From the NCBI GenBank assembly GCA_944358855.1, contig CALVSC010000001.1:2385-66384 (forward strand): a stretch of 64,000 nt of DNA. The letters are read 5' to 3'. This document shows, piece after piece, positions 19,774 through 30,483 of this stretch (position 1 is its first letter; each line of letters opens with the position of its first letter). Position numbers and translations under genes: made by a program. A model generated the notes under the pieces. That model worked only from the letters and a program-made list of their open reading frames with translations, searched no databases and was not told the DNA's origin. This stretch comes from an uncultured Bacilli bacterium. Lineage in GTDB: Bacteria > Bacillota_I > Bacilli_A > RF39 > UBA660.

Positions 19774-19893
19774 AATTTTTCCTCCCTTTTTCTTATCTGT
19801 TATCAGTATAGTACAATTGTTCGCGTAAAACAATCGAACAGATGAAAAAAATCGAAAAAATTTTCGGGTAAAGAAAAAAGAGGTGTTTCCTCT

Positions 19894-21198
19894 TTATTTT
19901 ATCAAGGTTTTAAACTTGTCAATTAATTTGTCAACATAAGCACAACTTAGAAAACATACGACAGAGTCTTTTTCTTCTTTTAATTTATCGATGGTGTCTA
20001 GACTTATCATTTCTCCATTTTCTAAATTATCTACAATAATATGAGATGTGATTCCCGGATAGTCTTCTTGTCGTTCTCTATTACAATCTATTTCTGTTAA
20101 ATATGTTTTATCTGCTATTTTAAAGGCGTCGATAAATTCATTTTTAAAGTCTTTTGTTCTTGAATATGTGTTTGGTACAAAGACAACAACTAATCGTTTG
20201 TTTGGGTATTTTTGTTTTACTGCTTCTAAGGTTGCTTTTATTTCTGTTGGATGATGTGCATAGTCATCGATGATAACACAGTTATTTATTTTTTCTTCCG
20301 CAAATCTTCTTTTGGCGTTATGGAAAGTTTCTAATAGTTCATGAATTTTTTCATAACTAATTCCTATTTCTTTTAATATTGTTATTGCTGCGGCTGCATT
20401 GGCAACCATATGACGTCCATATAGTGGAATGTCAAAGTGTCCATATAATTCATTATTAATATATAAGTCAAAGACAGAACCTGTTTCTAATAGTTGCATA
20501 TTTTTAATGACGATATCATTATTATCGTTAAATCCGTAGAATAATACGTTGGTTTTATAATTAATTTTTCTTACTTCTTCATTGTCCCCATTTGCTACCA
20601 CTAGTTTTTTTGTTTGATTAGCAAAGATTTCAAAAGTATCTCTGATATCATCTATATCTTTATAACATTCTAGGTGTTCTGCTTCAATATTAGTAATAAT
20701 AGAATATGTCGGATGGTAAGCGGTAAAATGTCTATTAAATTCATCGCTTTCTACGACAAAATATTTATTCTTTTTATCGGCATGTCCATCCCCTGCTCCT
20801 ATAAAGTAGTTGCAACCTACTGTTTCTTCTAAGACATGTCTAATAATAGATGATGTTGTTGTTTTTCCATGTGTTCCACTGACACCGATTGTTTCAAACA
20901 TATCGATGACATCACCCATTAATTCACTATATTTTTTGATTTGTAAACCTAATTTCCTTACTCTTTGCATCTCTTTATGGTCTTCTTTAAAAGCGACACT
21001 ATAGGTAACAATTGTATCTTTATCAATTTCGTGATTTCCATCATAATAAATGGGAATATTTCTCTTTTCTAAGCCATCTTGCGTAAATTTATGTTCTTTG
21101 GCATCGTCATAACCACTTACTTGGTTTCCTAAATCGTATAAGATTTGAGCTAAGGTAGACATTCCTGTTCCCTTAATACCTATACAATAGTACTTCAT
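19894..21198 (-). CDS. murC: UDP-N-acetylmuramate--L-alanine ligase
   Basis: GIKGTGMS P-loop and Mur ligase middle and C-terminal domains. 434 aa. Confidence 0.85.
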   Translation of the reverse strand: MKYYCIGIKGTGMSTLAQILYDLGNQVSGYDDAKEHKFTQDGLEKRNIPIYYDGNHEIDKDTIVTYSVAFKEDHKEMQRVRKLGLQIKKYSELMGDVIDMFETIGVSGTHGKTTTSSIIRHVLEETVGCNYFIGAGDGHADKKNKYFVVESDEFNRHFTAYHPTYSIITNIEAEHLECYKDIDDIRDTFEIFANQTKKLVVANGDNEEVRKINYKTNVLFYGFNDNNDIVIKNMQLLETGSVFDLYINNELYGHFDIPLYGRHMVANAAAAITILKEIGISYEKIHELLETFHNAKRRFAEEKINNCVIIDDYAHHPTEIKATLEAVKQKYPNKRLVVVFVPNTYSRTKDFKNEFIDAFKIADKTYLTEIDCNRERQEDYPGITSHIIVDNLENGEMISLDTIDKLKEEKDSVVCFLSCAYVDKLIDKFKTLIK

Positions 21199-21265
21199 AA
21201 TTTCACTCCTAACTATTTCTTAAAGTATACTCTACTTTTTGTTTTAGGTAAAGATTTATTTTATA

Positions 21266-21886
21266 TTATGCGTATTCTTTTTGTTTTATTTCTTCTCTTT
21301 CTTTCTTAGAATAGATACAACCACAATAATCTTGTCGGTATAGTCCAAATTCCTTTGAAAGTTCAATACTTCTTTTATAACCGTTTTTCTTTTTAAAATC
21401 AGCATATAGATAAGTTGGTCGATATTCTAAATTTAAGTTTTCTCCAATTTCATTTAACCATTTACTATTTTTATAAGGACTAATAGAAAGTGTTGTTGTA
21501 AAGAAGTCAAAATTTAGTTTTTCTGCTACTTTAGCTGTTTCATTTAGTCGTAATTCATAACATTTATAGCAACGTTTTCCTCTTTCTTTTTCTTGTTCTA
21601 AGCCTTTAGCCATCGTAAAGAACTCATCAGGATTATATCTACCATCTAGTATTTTTATATTATCTTTGTGTAGTTTTTTTATAAATGTTTTTATTTCATT
21701 AAGACGTTTTTGATATTCTTTTTCATCTGTAATGTTGGGATTATAATATAGTATTGTGATATCAAAGTAGTCTGATATTCTTTCTAGTACAGCGGAAGAA
21801 CACGGTGCGCAACAAGCGTGTAATAATAGTGTTTTTTTCTCTTTTAGACTATGTATTTGTTTTTCCATTTCTAAATCATAGTTCAT
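21266..21886 (-). CDS. queH: epoxyqueuosine reductase QueH (DUF208)
   Basis: LLHACCAPCS and the C-terminal Cys cluster CGCIYS. Confidence 0.8.
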   Translation of the reverse strand: MNYDLEMEKQIHSLKEKKTLLLHACCAPCSSAVLERISDYFDITILYYNPNITDEKEYQKRLNEIKTFIKKLHKDNIKILDGRYNPDEFFTMAKGLEQEKERGKRCYKCYELRLNETAKVAEKLNFDFFTTTLSISPYKNSKWLNEIGENLNLEYRPTYLYADFKKKNGYKRSIELSKEFGLYRQDYCGCIYSKKEREEIKQKEYA

Positions 21887-21952
21887 ACTGCCACCTCTTA
21901 CAGTATTATATCATACTTTTATTTTGTGTGATATAATTAAAGTGGTGATTTT

Positions 21953-22813
21953 ATGTACGTTATTTTAGGTCATGAAAATCCAGATGTTGATAGTATTGTT
22001 AGTGGTGTGTTGTTAGAGAGGTATTTAAACCGTCATGGGAAGGAAGCAAAGTTTATAATTCCTGATTTATATCTTGATAAAGAAAGCGTTGATCTATGTC
22101 TTTCTTATGGCATTGATCCTAGAGAGCATCAAGAGAGTTTATCTAGTGATAATAATCAATATATCTTAGTTGATCATCATGAAAGAGATGTCTTAGGCGA
22201 TATTGTTGGGGTTATTGATCATCATCCTACTGTTCAAAAGTATTCTTATCCTTATTATCGAAATGAAGAGGCATCTTCTACTGCTTGTTTACTTGTCAAA
22301 GGTATGGAGGAAGAATTTACTAGAGATGAAGTGTTACTTGCTCTTTTAGCTACGATGGTAGATACCATTTCTCTTCATTCTAGTAAAACGAAAGAAGAAG
22401 ATATTAAATGGGTTAAAGAAACGTGTCAAAAATATCAGTTTGATTTTCATAAACTTTATCAAGATGGATTATGTTTAACGGATTTGTCTAGTCCAGATGT
22501 ATATTTAAATCATGGTTTAAAAAATTATAGTTTTGCAGATCAAAAAATCGCTTCTTCTTCTATTTCTCTTTATGATATTAGTAAAAAAGAAAATGATATT
22601 ACATATGCTTCTTCTTTAGTATTTGACTATATGAGGGAAAATAGCCTTGATCAGTTTATTATGGTTATTCATGATATGAAAGATTTTCATTCTACAATCA
22701 TTTATTATAGTCCTAATCGAATTACGTTTTCTAATTATGATAATATTGTTTCTAGGGGTTCTGATATTATACCGCAGGTTGAAAGAAGATGTCTTGTGAA
22801 AGATAGGAAATAA
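21953..22813 (+). CDS. DHH-family phosphoesterase
   Basis: N-terminal HENPDVDS and central LVDHHER...IDHHP motifs. Confidence 0.6.
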   Translation: MYVILGHENPDVDSIVSGVLLERYLNRHGKEAKFIIPDLYLDKESVDLCLSYGIDPREHQESLSSDNNQYILVDHHERDVLGDIVGVIDHHPTVQKYSYPYYRNEEASSTACLLVKGMEEEFTRDEVLLALLATMVDTISLHSSKTKEEDIKWVKETCQKYQFDFHKLYQDGLCLTDLSSPDVYLNHGLKNYSFADQKIASSSISLYDISKKENDITYASSLVFDYMRENSLDQFIMVIHDMKDFHSTIIYYSPNRITFSNYDNIVSRGSDIIPQVERRCLVKDRK

Positions 22814-22846
22814 GTATTTTCTATCTTTTTTTTCATATAGTTTATT

Positions 22847-23596
22847 ATGAATACGATGATTAGTTTTATTATTACAGGAATAGCGGGTTTATCTACTCTA
22901 TTGGGAATTATTCCAATCTATTTTAAAAAGTTTAAGGAAGAAAATATTCTGCCTAATTCTTTTTTGTTTGCTAGTGGGGTTATGTTAACGATATCCTTGA
23001 GTTCTTTGCTTCCGGAAGCGATTGTTTATTTTCTTCATACTTATAATTGTTTTTTATCTTTTTTCTTTACTTTCCTTTTTATTATGATGGGTATTGTCTT
23101 TTCTTTTTTTATTACGAAAAAAATAGATAAAAGAATTGATTCTAATACTTTATACCGTTTAGGAATTGTATCTGTTATAGCGATTATTTTTCATAATATT
23201 CCGGAAGGTATTATGACTTTTTTATCTAGTAATAGTGATTTAAAACTTGGTATTTTATTGTCAATAGGTATATGTTTTCATAATATTCCAGAAGGAATTA
23301 GTGTTGCTTTACCAATTTATTATGCTACGAAAAATAAGAAAATTGCATTTTTTTATACTTTTATTTCTGGTTTTTCTGAATTGTTAGGAGCCATTCTTGC
23401 TTATTTCTTTTTAGCACCTTTTATTACTTCTTTTTTATTAGGTGTTGTTTTAGCAATTGCTTGTGGTATTATGATTTATTTATCTATATTTGAACTTATT
23501 CCAACTGCTTGTTCTTATCCGTTAACGCTATCTTCTATCTTCTTCTTTTTCTTTGGTATTCTTTTAATGATTGGGTGTTTTCTTTTATTACAATAA
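22847..23596 (+). CDS. zupT: ZIP-family zinc transporter
   Basis: Eight TM helices with two HNIPEGI signature repeats. Confidence 0.8.
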   Translation: MNTMISFIITGIAGLSTLLGIIPIYFKKFKEENILPNSFLFASGVMLTISLSSLLPEAIVYFLHTYNCFLSFFFTFLFIMMGIVFSFFITKKIDKRIDSNTLYRLGIVSVIAIIFHNIPEGIMTFLSSNSDLKLGILLSIGICFHNIPEGISVALPIYYATKNKKIAFFYTFISGFSELLGAILAYFFLAPFITSFLLGVVLAIACGIMIYLSIFELIPTACSYPLTLSSIFFFFFGILLMIGCFLLLQ

Positions 23597-23599
23597 AAA

Positions 23600-23619
23600 A
23601 CTAGAGAGTTACTCTAGTT
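23600..23619. terminator. intrinsic terminator at the end of the ABC operon
   Basis: ctagagagttactctag palindrome flanked by A/T runs. It overlaps the stop codon. Confidence 0.4.
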
Positions 23620-25480
23620 CAAAGGCACCTGTATATAGTTGATAATAAGTTCCTTTTTGTTCAATTAATTGGTTGTGGTCTCCTCTTTCAATAATTCTAC
23701 CATGGTCTAGGACCATAATTGCTTTAGAGTTTCTTACCGTTGATAGTCTATGAGCAATGACAAGTACTGTTCTTCCTTCCATTAATTTATCCATACCATC
23801 TTGAACAATTTTTTCTGTTCTTGTATCGATGGATGATGTTGCTTCATCTAGAATCATAACAGGTGGATTATTAATGGCACATCTAGCGATTGCTAGTAAT
23901 TGTCGTTGTCCTTGAGAAAGTTGAGAACCATTTCCGGTTAACATAGTGTCATAACCGTTTGGTAATCTTCTTATGAAGTTATCAGCGTTTGCAAGTTTCG
24001 CTGCTTGGATTACTTCATCGTCTGTGGCGTTAGATTTACCATATTTAATATTATCTTTTATGGTTCCAGTAAATAGATTAGTATCTTGTAATACCATTCC
24101 TAAAGACCTTCTTAAATCATCTTTTTTAATCTTTTCAATATTAATTCCATCATAACGTATTTTACCACTATTAATATCATAGAAACGATTTAATAGATTG
24201 GTTATAGTCGTTTTTCCGGCACCTGTTGCTCCAACAAAAGCTATCTTTTGACCAGGTTTTGCATATAGTGAAATGTCGTGTAATACGATTTTATTTTCAT
24301 TATAACCAAATGTTACATTTTCTAGGTCTATTTTTCCTTTTAATTCAATATACTCTACTCTTCCATCATGATGTGGATGACGCCATGCCCAGGTACCAGT
24401 TTCATCTTTTGTTTCAATCATCGTACCATCTTCTTGTTTATGTACACGTACAAGCGTTACATAACCATTATCTTGTTCTGGCTCTTCATCCATCATAGTA
24501 AAGATTCTACTTGCTCCAGCAAGTGCCATAACAATAGAGTTGAATTGGTTCATTACTTGGTTAATTGGTTGAGCAAAGTTTCTTGTTAATTGTAAGAAAG
24601 ATACGATTGTTCCAATTGTTAAAGAAATCGTTCCGTTTATAGTTAAAACAGTACCGATTAAGGCAATACATACATATTGTAAGTTACCTAAGTTGTTGGC
24701 AATTGGCATTAGGATATTGATAAATTTATGAGCGTGATACATATTGTCGTTTAGTTGTTCATTCAATTTATCAAAGTCTTTTTTTGCTTCTTCTTCATGA
24801 GTAAATACTTTAATTACTTTTTGTCCATTTAACATTTCTTCTATATATCCATTTACTTTACCTAAGGCATATTGTTGTTTTAAGAAGTATTTTGCACTTT
24901 TTGAACTGATGGTTTTTGTTACAATTATTGTTAGTATTGTAAAGATAATAACAAATATTGTTAGTAATGGACTTAAATATATCATAGAACAAAATATTGC
25001 GATAATACTAAATACTGAAGTGATTACTTGTGGTAGACTTTGTGATAATACTTGTCTTAGAGTATCTGTATCGTTTGTATAATGACTCATGATATCTCCA
25101 TGGGTATTTGTGTCAAAATAACGAATAGGAAGTCTTTCCATTTTCGTAAACATTTCATTTCTAATGTCACGTAATACTCCTTGTGAGATTACGGCCATTA
25201 ATCTACTGTATAAGTAAGATGCTAGAATACCGATTATGTAAATAGTTGCCATTACAGTAAGTATTTTTAATAATTCTGTAAATACAGGGTTGGTATCTTT
25301 TAGTAGTGGTGTAATATAATCATCAATTAATGTTTGTAAGAATAATGATCCTGCTACACTAGCAATTGATGAAATGATAATACAGATGAAGACAAAGATA
25401 AATTGTTTTTTATAGTTTTTTAATACATAACTTAATAATCTTTTTAAAGTACCTTTTTTTATCTCATTTTTTTTCATTTG
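23609..25480 (-). CDS. ABC exporter permease/ATPase subunit (heterodimeric, BmrD/LmrD-like, with ~60-aa insertion before the NBD)
   Basis: Six TM helices, then Walker A GATGAGKTT, signature LSQGQRQ and Walker B ILDEATS. Confidence 0.8.
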   Translation of the reverse strand, partial: QMKKNEIKKGTLKRLLSYVLKNYKKQFIFVFICIIISSIASVAGSLFLQTLIDDYITPLLKDTNPVFTELLKILTVMATIYIIGILASYLYSRLMAVISQGVLRDIRNEMFTKMERLPIRYFDTNTHGDIMSHYTNDTDTLRQVLSQSLPQVITSVFSIIAIFCSMIYLSPLLTIFVIIFTILTIIVTKTISSKSAKYFLKQQYALGKVNGYIEEMLNGQKVIKVFTHEEEAKKDFDKLNEQLNDNMYHAHKFINILMPIANNLGNLQYVCIALIGTVLTINGTISLTIGTIVSFLQLTRNFAQPINQVMNQFNSIVMALAGASRIFTMMDEEPEQDNGYVTLVRVHKQEDGTMIETKDETGTWAWRHPHHDGRVEYIELKGKIDLENVTFGYNENKIVLHDISLYAKPGQKIAFVGATGAGKTTITNLLNRFYDINSGKIRYDGINIEKIKKDDLRRSLGMVLQDTNLFTGTIKDNIKYGKSNATDDEVIQAAKLANADNFIRRLPNGYDTMLTGNGSQLSQGQRQLLAIARCAINNPPVMILDEATSSIDTRTEKIVQDGMDKLMEGRTVLVIAHRLSTVRNSKAIMVLDHGRIIERGDHNQLIEQKGTYYQLYTGAFELE

Positions 25481-27212
25481 TATCACTTCCTTTTGTTTGA
25501 GAATCATATATTTCTTTATATATTGCATTTGTTTTTATTAATTCTTCATGAGTACCAATACCATTAATTTCTCCATGATAGATAACGATAATACGATCAC
25601 ATTTCTCAACTGATGATATTCTTTGAGCAATTATGATTTTAGTAGTGTCTGGTATTTCTTCGTTAAAGGCTTTTTGAATTAGACTATCTGTTTTGGTATC
25701 TACTGCAGATGTTGAGTCATCTAGTATTAATATCTTTGGTTTTCTAAGTAGTGCTCTTGCAATACAAAGTCTTTGTTTTTGCCCTCCAGATACATTCGTT
25801 CCGCCTTCTTCAATATAAGTATCATATTTTTTAGGGAATTTTTGAATGAATTCGTCTGCTTGAGCAAGCTTACATACTCTTTTTACTTCTTCTTCTGTTG
25901 CGTTTTCGTCTCCCCAACGAATGTTATCTGTTATTGTTCCTGAAAATAATACATTTTTTTGTAGGACGCAAGCAACTTCTTTTCTTAAAGATTCAAGATC
26001 ATAGTCTTTTACATTTACTCCTCCTACTTTTAATGTTCCTTCCGTAACATCATATAGTCGTGGTATTAAGTTTACTAAACTGGATTTACCACTACCTGTT
26101 CCTCCAATAATACCAATAGTTTCTCCTGATTTAATATGAATATCAATATTTTTAAGACATTCTTTTTCTTTTTTACCTACATATGAGAAACTAACTTTAT
26201 CGAAGTCAATAGAACCATCTTTTACTTCATAAATTGGATTTTTCTTATCTTTTATGGTTGGTTCTTCATCTAATACTTCTACAATTCTTTCAATCGATGC
26301 ACGTGATATTGTAATCATGACAAAGATCATGGATAACATCATTAGGCTTGATAAAATTTGAATACTATAAGTAAACATTGTCATTAATTCTCCTGTTGTT
26401 AAAGCGGTCATGTTGGTTGTTACAATGATTTTTGCTCCAAACCAAGAGATTAATAAAATACAAGTATAGATGGCAAACTGCATTAGAGGTCCATTAAATG
26501 CTAATATTTTTTCAGCTTTACTAAATCCTTGGTAGATTTCATTGGATACATGTTTGAATTTAGATATTTCTTCTTTTTCTAGGACAAAGGATTTTACGAC
26601 ACGAATTGCTCCGACATTTTCTTCTACGACATTATTTAGAGAGTCGTATCTTTTAAATACTCTTTCCATGATTGGATGTACTTTTTTAGAGATAAAAAAT
26701 AGTCCAAATCCAAGGATTGGAATAATTATTAAGAAGATTAGGGATAAACTTTTATTAATTGATAAGGCGAAAAATAAAGAAATAATTAACATTAATGGTG
26801 CACGTACAGCAATTCTTATAATCATTTGATAAGCCATTTGAACATTTGTAATATCTGTTGTTAAACGAGTAACAAGACTACTAGTTGAAAATTTATCAAT
26901 ATTGGCAAAAGAAAATGTTTGTACTTTGTAATATAGGTCTTGTCTTAAATTTTTAGCAAAGCCTGCTGATGCTTTAGCAGCAAACATTCCGGATAACATA
27001 CCAAATATCAATGATAATATGGCACAGATGATTAAAGCGATACCAATTTTATAAACTAAACTTAATTCTCCTTGATAGATTCCATCATCAATTAACTTGG
27101 CCATTAATAGCGGAATGATTACTTCAAGAACTACTTCTAATGATACAAAAACTGGTGTTAATATAGATGGTAATTTATATTCTCTAATTGATTTCATTAA
27201 TTTTTTTATCAT
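25464..27212 (-). CDS. ABC exporter permease/ATPase subunit (partner of the adjacent subunit)
   Basis: TMD plus NBD (GGTGSGKSS, LSGGQKQR, ILDDSTSAVD). Overlaps the downstream partner gene. Confidence 0.8.
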   Translation of the reverse strand: MIKKLMKSIREYKLPSILTPVFVSLEVVLEVIIPLLMAKLIDDGIYQGELSLVYKIGIALIICAILSLIFGMLSGMFAAKASAGFAKNLRQDLYYKVQTFSFANIDKFSTSSLVTRLTTDITNVQMAYQMIIRIAVRAPLMLIISLFFALSINKSLSLIFLIIIPILGFGLFFISKKVHPIMERVFKRYDSLNNVVEENVGAIRVVKSFVLEKEEISKFKHVSNEIYQGFSKAEKILAFNGPLMQFAIYTCILLISWFGAKIIVTTNMTALTTGELMTMFTYSIQILSSLMMLSMIFVMITISRASIERIVEVLDEEPTIKDKKNPIYEVKDGSIDFDKVSFSYVGKKEKECLKNIDIHIKSGETIGIIGGTGSGKSSLVNLIPRLYDVTEGTLKVGGVNVKDYDLESLRKEVACVLQKNVLFSGTITDNIRWGDENATEEEVKRVCKLAQADEFIQKFPKKYDTYIEEGGTNVSGGQKQRLCIARALLRKPKILILDDSTSAVDTKTDSLIQKAFNEEIPDTTKIIIAQRISSVEKCDRIIVIYHGEINGIGTHEELIKTNAIYKEIYDSQTKGSDTNEKK

Positions 27213-27643
27213 GTTATATCCTCCTCTTTTAATGCTTTTTCTATTTTATCTAGTATCATAAATAAATTATTTTGTTCTTCTTCTGTTAAATTAGATTTAA
27301 TCTTATTTTCTACTTGTTCTATTTTGCAATAGTTTTCCTGTTCTAGTTTTTTACCTTTTTCAGTTATTATTATTCTCTTTTTTCTAGCATCTTCTTTATT
27401 TTGTTCCCTTTTTATTAGTTCTCTTTGTTCCATTATATTTAAGATATTTGTTGCAGTTGATCTTCTGATGTATAGTTCTTTTTCAATATCTTTTTGGTAG
27501 ATTGGTGTTTTAGATACATATAGTAGTCTTAAAACCATTCCTTGACTTTTGGTAATGGAGTCTTCCCCTAAAGATTTATCTATTTCTCTTTTGGTTAAAT
27601 TCATAATTCTTTTAAGTTTTGCTCCTATATCTTTTTCAAACAT
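27209..27643 (-). CDS. MarR-family transcriptional regulator
   Basis: Winged-HTH pattern (ITKSQGMVLRLLYVSK...QKDIEKELYIRRSTATNILNIMEQRELI). The start was set at the ATG after an AAGGAGG RBS. The stop overlaps the ABC gene start. Confidence 0.75.
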   Translation of the reverse strand: MFEKDIGAKLKRIMNLTKREIDKSLGEDSITKSQGMVLRLLYVSKTPIYQKDIEKELYIRRSTATNILNIMEQRELIKREQNKEDARKKRIIITEKGKKLEQENYCKIEQVENKIKSNLTEEEQNNLFMILDKIEKALKEEDIT

Positions 27644-27658
27644 ATTGCCTCCTTTATT

Positions 27659-27672
27659 GTTAGTCAACTAAC
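27659..27672. promoter_or_regulatory. perfect palindrome GTTAGTcaACTAAC, candidate MarR operator
   Basis: 14-bp inverted repeat located 8 nt upstream of the marR RBS. Confidence 0.3.
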
Positions 27673-27777
27673 ATTTTAGTTATTTTTAAGATTTTTGTCA
27701 ATAATATAATTTTATTTTTTTTGTAAGTTTTTTATTCCATATCAAAAGAGCAATCATGATGATTACTCTTTTATATA

Positions 27778-29637
27778 TTATCTTTTTACAGCTATTCCAC
27801 CATATGGTGTTAGTAGACTAGTCGTTGATTTTTTTAAGGTGTACACTTTTTTACTACTTTGATATTCTTCTGGAATGGTGATTGGTTCATAGTCTTTGGT
27901 CCTATTAATTAAAAATAACATTTGATTATCGTCTTTTACTCTTTCGTAGGCAAAGTGAGTTGGTGTTATTTCTTTTGGAATTGTATCTGCTTGTTCTAGA
28001 AATTTTTCGGTTGTTCTTATTGGAGCGATAGTTTGTTGGAAGAAAGTTTGTATAGTTCTATCTTCTTGGCCCCAGGGATATGGACATCGATTATTTAAAT
28101 TTCCTATTCCTTGTGCTCCTACTTCATCTCCATAAAAGATTGATAGGGTTCCTGGAAGTCCTGCTAAAGCAAAGACATAGGCCATATACATATCTCTTGC
28201 CTCTGAATATTTGTCGTTTAGTTGATAGTTTCTAATAAAATTTAAATCTTCGTTTTTTAAATTCCAAGGCCACTCTCCATTTTCTTGAAAGATGTCGTTA
28301 TCCCAGAGATTAATTGCTCTTGTCATATCATGAGTTGATGTTGATAACATTGCGGAAAAAAGTGTTGAATCGGGATATTCGTATAATATTTCTTTTAGTT
28401 TTCCTTTTAATTCATCTACATCCCCATATCTAAAGTATTTTATTAGTGAGCTAGTAAAGTTATAATTCATGACAGTATCCATACCTTTCCCACTGGAAAT
28501 GTAGTTTCTTCCTTTTCTTAGTGGACTTTCCCAGACTTCGCCGATAATCAGACCATCCTTTTTATTTCGCCTAACAGCTACTCTAATATCTTCTATCATA
28601 GAATCTGCTAGTTCGTCCGGAACATCTAGTCTTAATCCGTCCACTCCTAAGGCAAACCATTGGTCTATAATGCCATCTTTTCCGGTAATATATTCTCTCC
28701 ATGGTTTACCATCGCTATTACATTTTGGTAAATTTAATTGGCCCCACCAGTATTTAAATTTTGGTTTTCCATCTATTATTTCATAGTCGTAAAATGGTAA
28801 ATATGGTGAGTCTATACTTTGATAGGCTCCTACTGTATCAAAAGTATTATATTCGTTAAAGTATTTACTATCGTTTCCTGTATGGTTAAATACAGCATCT
28901 AGTATCACTTTCATGCCTTTTTTATGGGCTTCGTCACATAGTTTTTTTAAATCTTCTTTATTACCAGCGTAGGGATCAATTTGTTCAAAGTCTGCTGAAT
29001 CATAACGATGGGTAGATTGGCTTAATACAATAGGACTTAAATATAGTATTTCAACTCCTAGGGTTTTTATATAATCTAGATTATCGATGATTCCTTGTAA
29101 GTCTCCTCCGTAAAAATCATTATTCCAAATTCCATCTTGATCTGGGCCTAATTGAACTGGCTCGTTCCATGATGTATGAATATGTCTTTTCGGTATTTCT
29201 ATTAATGGTGCTGTCCTTCCTTTTTTAAATCTATCTACAAAAATATGATACATTATTTTTCCTTTGGCCCAGTCTGGTACGTCAAAGTTGACACTTAATT
29301 TAAAGGCATCACTTAAATCAAAGTCTGTTCTTACGTGATCTTTTGTTATGTTGTAGATTTCGTTATTTGCTTTAAATGATAAAAAGTAATTATATAGTGC
29401 TCTTGTTGGAAGAAAAATATTGCTTGTAAATGTTATTTTTCCACTCTTTTCTTCCTCATATGTTAGAGGATACATAATATTTTCGTCGTTTTCTCTAATG
29501 ATAAAATATACATCTTCTAGCCATCCATATGATGATGGTATTGTTAAGGATAGTGTATATGTACATCCATCTTCTTCTTTATTTGTCTCTTTTATTTCAA
29601 ATTCAATCTCTTTTACTTCTTTTTTCATACCTTCCAC
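27778..29637 (-). CDS. GH13 alpha-glycosidase (neopullulanase / cyclomaltodextrinase-like)
   Basis: N-domain followed by GH13 regions VILDAVFNHTG, GVDGLRLDVPDEL, EVWE and FYGDEVG. Confidence 0.8.
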   Translation of the reverse strand: MEGMKKEVKEIEFEIKETNKEEDGCTYTLSLTIPSSYGWLEDVYFIIRENDENIMYPLTYEEEKSGKITFTSNIFLPTRALYNYFLSFKANNEIYNITKDHVRTDFDLSDAFKLSVNFDVPDWAKGKIMYHIFVDRFKKGRTAPLIEIPKRHIHTSWNEPVQLGPDQDGIWNNDFYGGDLQGIIDNLDYIKTLGVEILYLSPIVLSQSTHRYDSADFEQIDPYAGNKEDLKKLCDEAHKKGMKVILDAVFNHTGNDSKYFNEYNTFDTVGAYQSIDSPYLPFYDYEIIDGKPKFKYWWGQLNLPKCNSDGKPWREYITGKDGIIDQWFALGVDGLRLDVPDELADSMIEDIRVAVRRNKKDGLIIGEVWESPLRKGRNYISSGKGMDTVMNYNFTSSLIKYFRYGDVDELKGKLKEILYEYPDSTLFSAMLSTSTHDMTRAINLWDNDIFQENGEWPWNLKNEDLNFIRNYQLNDKYSEARDMYMAYVFALAGLPGTLSIFYGDEVGAQGIGNLNNRCPYPWGQEDRTIQTFFQQTIAPIRTTEKFLEQADTIPKEITPTHFAYERVKDDNQMLFLINRTKDYEPITIPEEYQSSKKVYTLKKSTTSLLTPYGGIAVKR

Positions 29638-29682
29638 CCTATCCTCATTATAGCATTCTCCTTATAAAATAACAAATTTATT

Positions 29683-29710
29683 CCAAAAAAAATCCAGATA
29701 ACTGGATTTT
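29683..29710. terminator. intrinsic terminator
   Basis: A8-aatccag-ataa-ctggatt-T4. It overlaps the stop of the CMD-cupin gene. Confidence 0.5.
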
Positions 29711-30437
29711 ATAGTTTATTATATTCTTCTTCGTTTACTGGTTCTAGCCATACATTTTCCGTATTTTCTCCTGGTACTTCAATAGCTAGGTGACTAAACC
29801 ATTTATTTTTCTTTGCTCCATGCCAATGTTTTACGTTTGCAGGGATGGTAACTACATCCCCAACAGATAAGCTCTGTGGTGCTTTTCCTTCTTCTTGATA
29901 CCAGCCTTCTCCTTCTACACAAACTAATATTTGTCCTCCACCTGATGTTGCTTTATGGATATGCCAATTATTACGGCATCCTGGTTCGAAAGTAACGTTA
30001 GCAATGGATAGATTATATGTTTTAGCAAGTGGTTTTAAATAAGATGTTCCAATAAAATATTGCTTGTAGGCTTCATTTGGTTCTCCTTGTCCAAATGCTC
30101 CTCCATGTTCTTCTTTTATTTCGTTATCTTCATATACTTCTTCTATTAATGGAAAGGCGCTCCAAGCATTTGGCCATCCTGTATAAAAAGCAAGTTGGGT
30201 AACTATCTCTACTGCTTCTTCTTTGGTAATACCATGTTTTTTCCCTAACTCAAAGTGAGACTTTAATTGAGGATATGCTCCTTTTGCCATTAAAGCAGCA
30301 ATTGTTATCATACTTCTATCTCTTAAGTTTAATTTATCATCTCTTGACCAAATTTCTCCAAATAATACATCATCGTTTAATTCGGCAAACTTTGGTGCTA
30401 ATTTTCCTAATACATTTCTTCCTGCTGTTTGTTTCAT
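29709..30437 (-). CDS. carboxymuconolactone decarboxylase-family domain fused to a cupin domain
   Basis: N-terminal CMD-like helices (IWSRDDKLNLRDRSMITIAALMAKG) and a C-terminal cupin core (GCRNNWHIHKATSGGGQILVCVEGEGWY). Confidence 0.55.
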   Translation of the reverse strand: MKQTAGRNVLGKLAPKFAELNDDVLFGEIWSRDDKLNLRDRSMITIAALMAKGAYPQLKSHFELGKKHGITKEEAVEIVTQLAFYTGWPNAWSAFPLIEEVYEDNEIKEEHGGAFGQGEPNEAYKQYFIGTSYLKPLAKTYNLSIANVTFEPGCRNNWHIHKATSGGGQILVCVEGEGWYQEEGKAPQSLSVGDVVTIPANVKHWHGAKKNKWFSHLAIEVPGENTENVWLEPVNEEEYNKL

Positions 30438-30483
30438 AAAATCACTCCTTATCTATTTCTAAATAAAGTATAATTCTTCAAGT

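Noticed and set aside
23973-26829. Short ORFs antisense to the two ABC transporter genes
   Set aside because: Same reasoning: the sense-strand genes have complete Walker, signature and TMD organisation.
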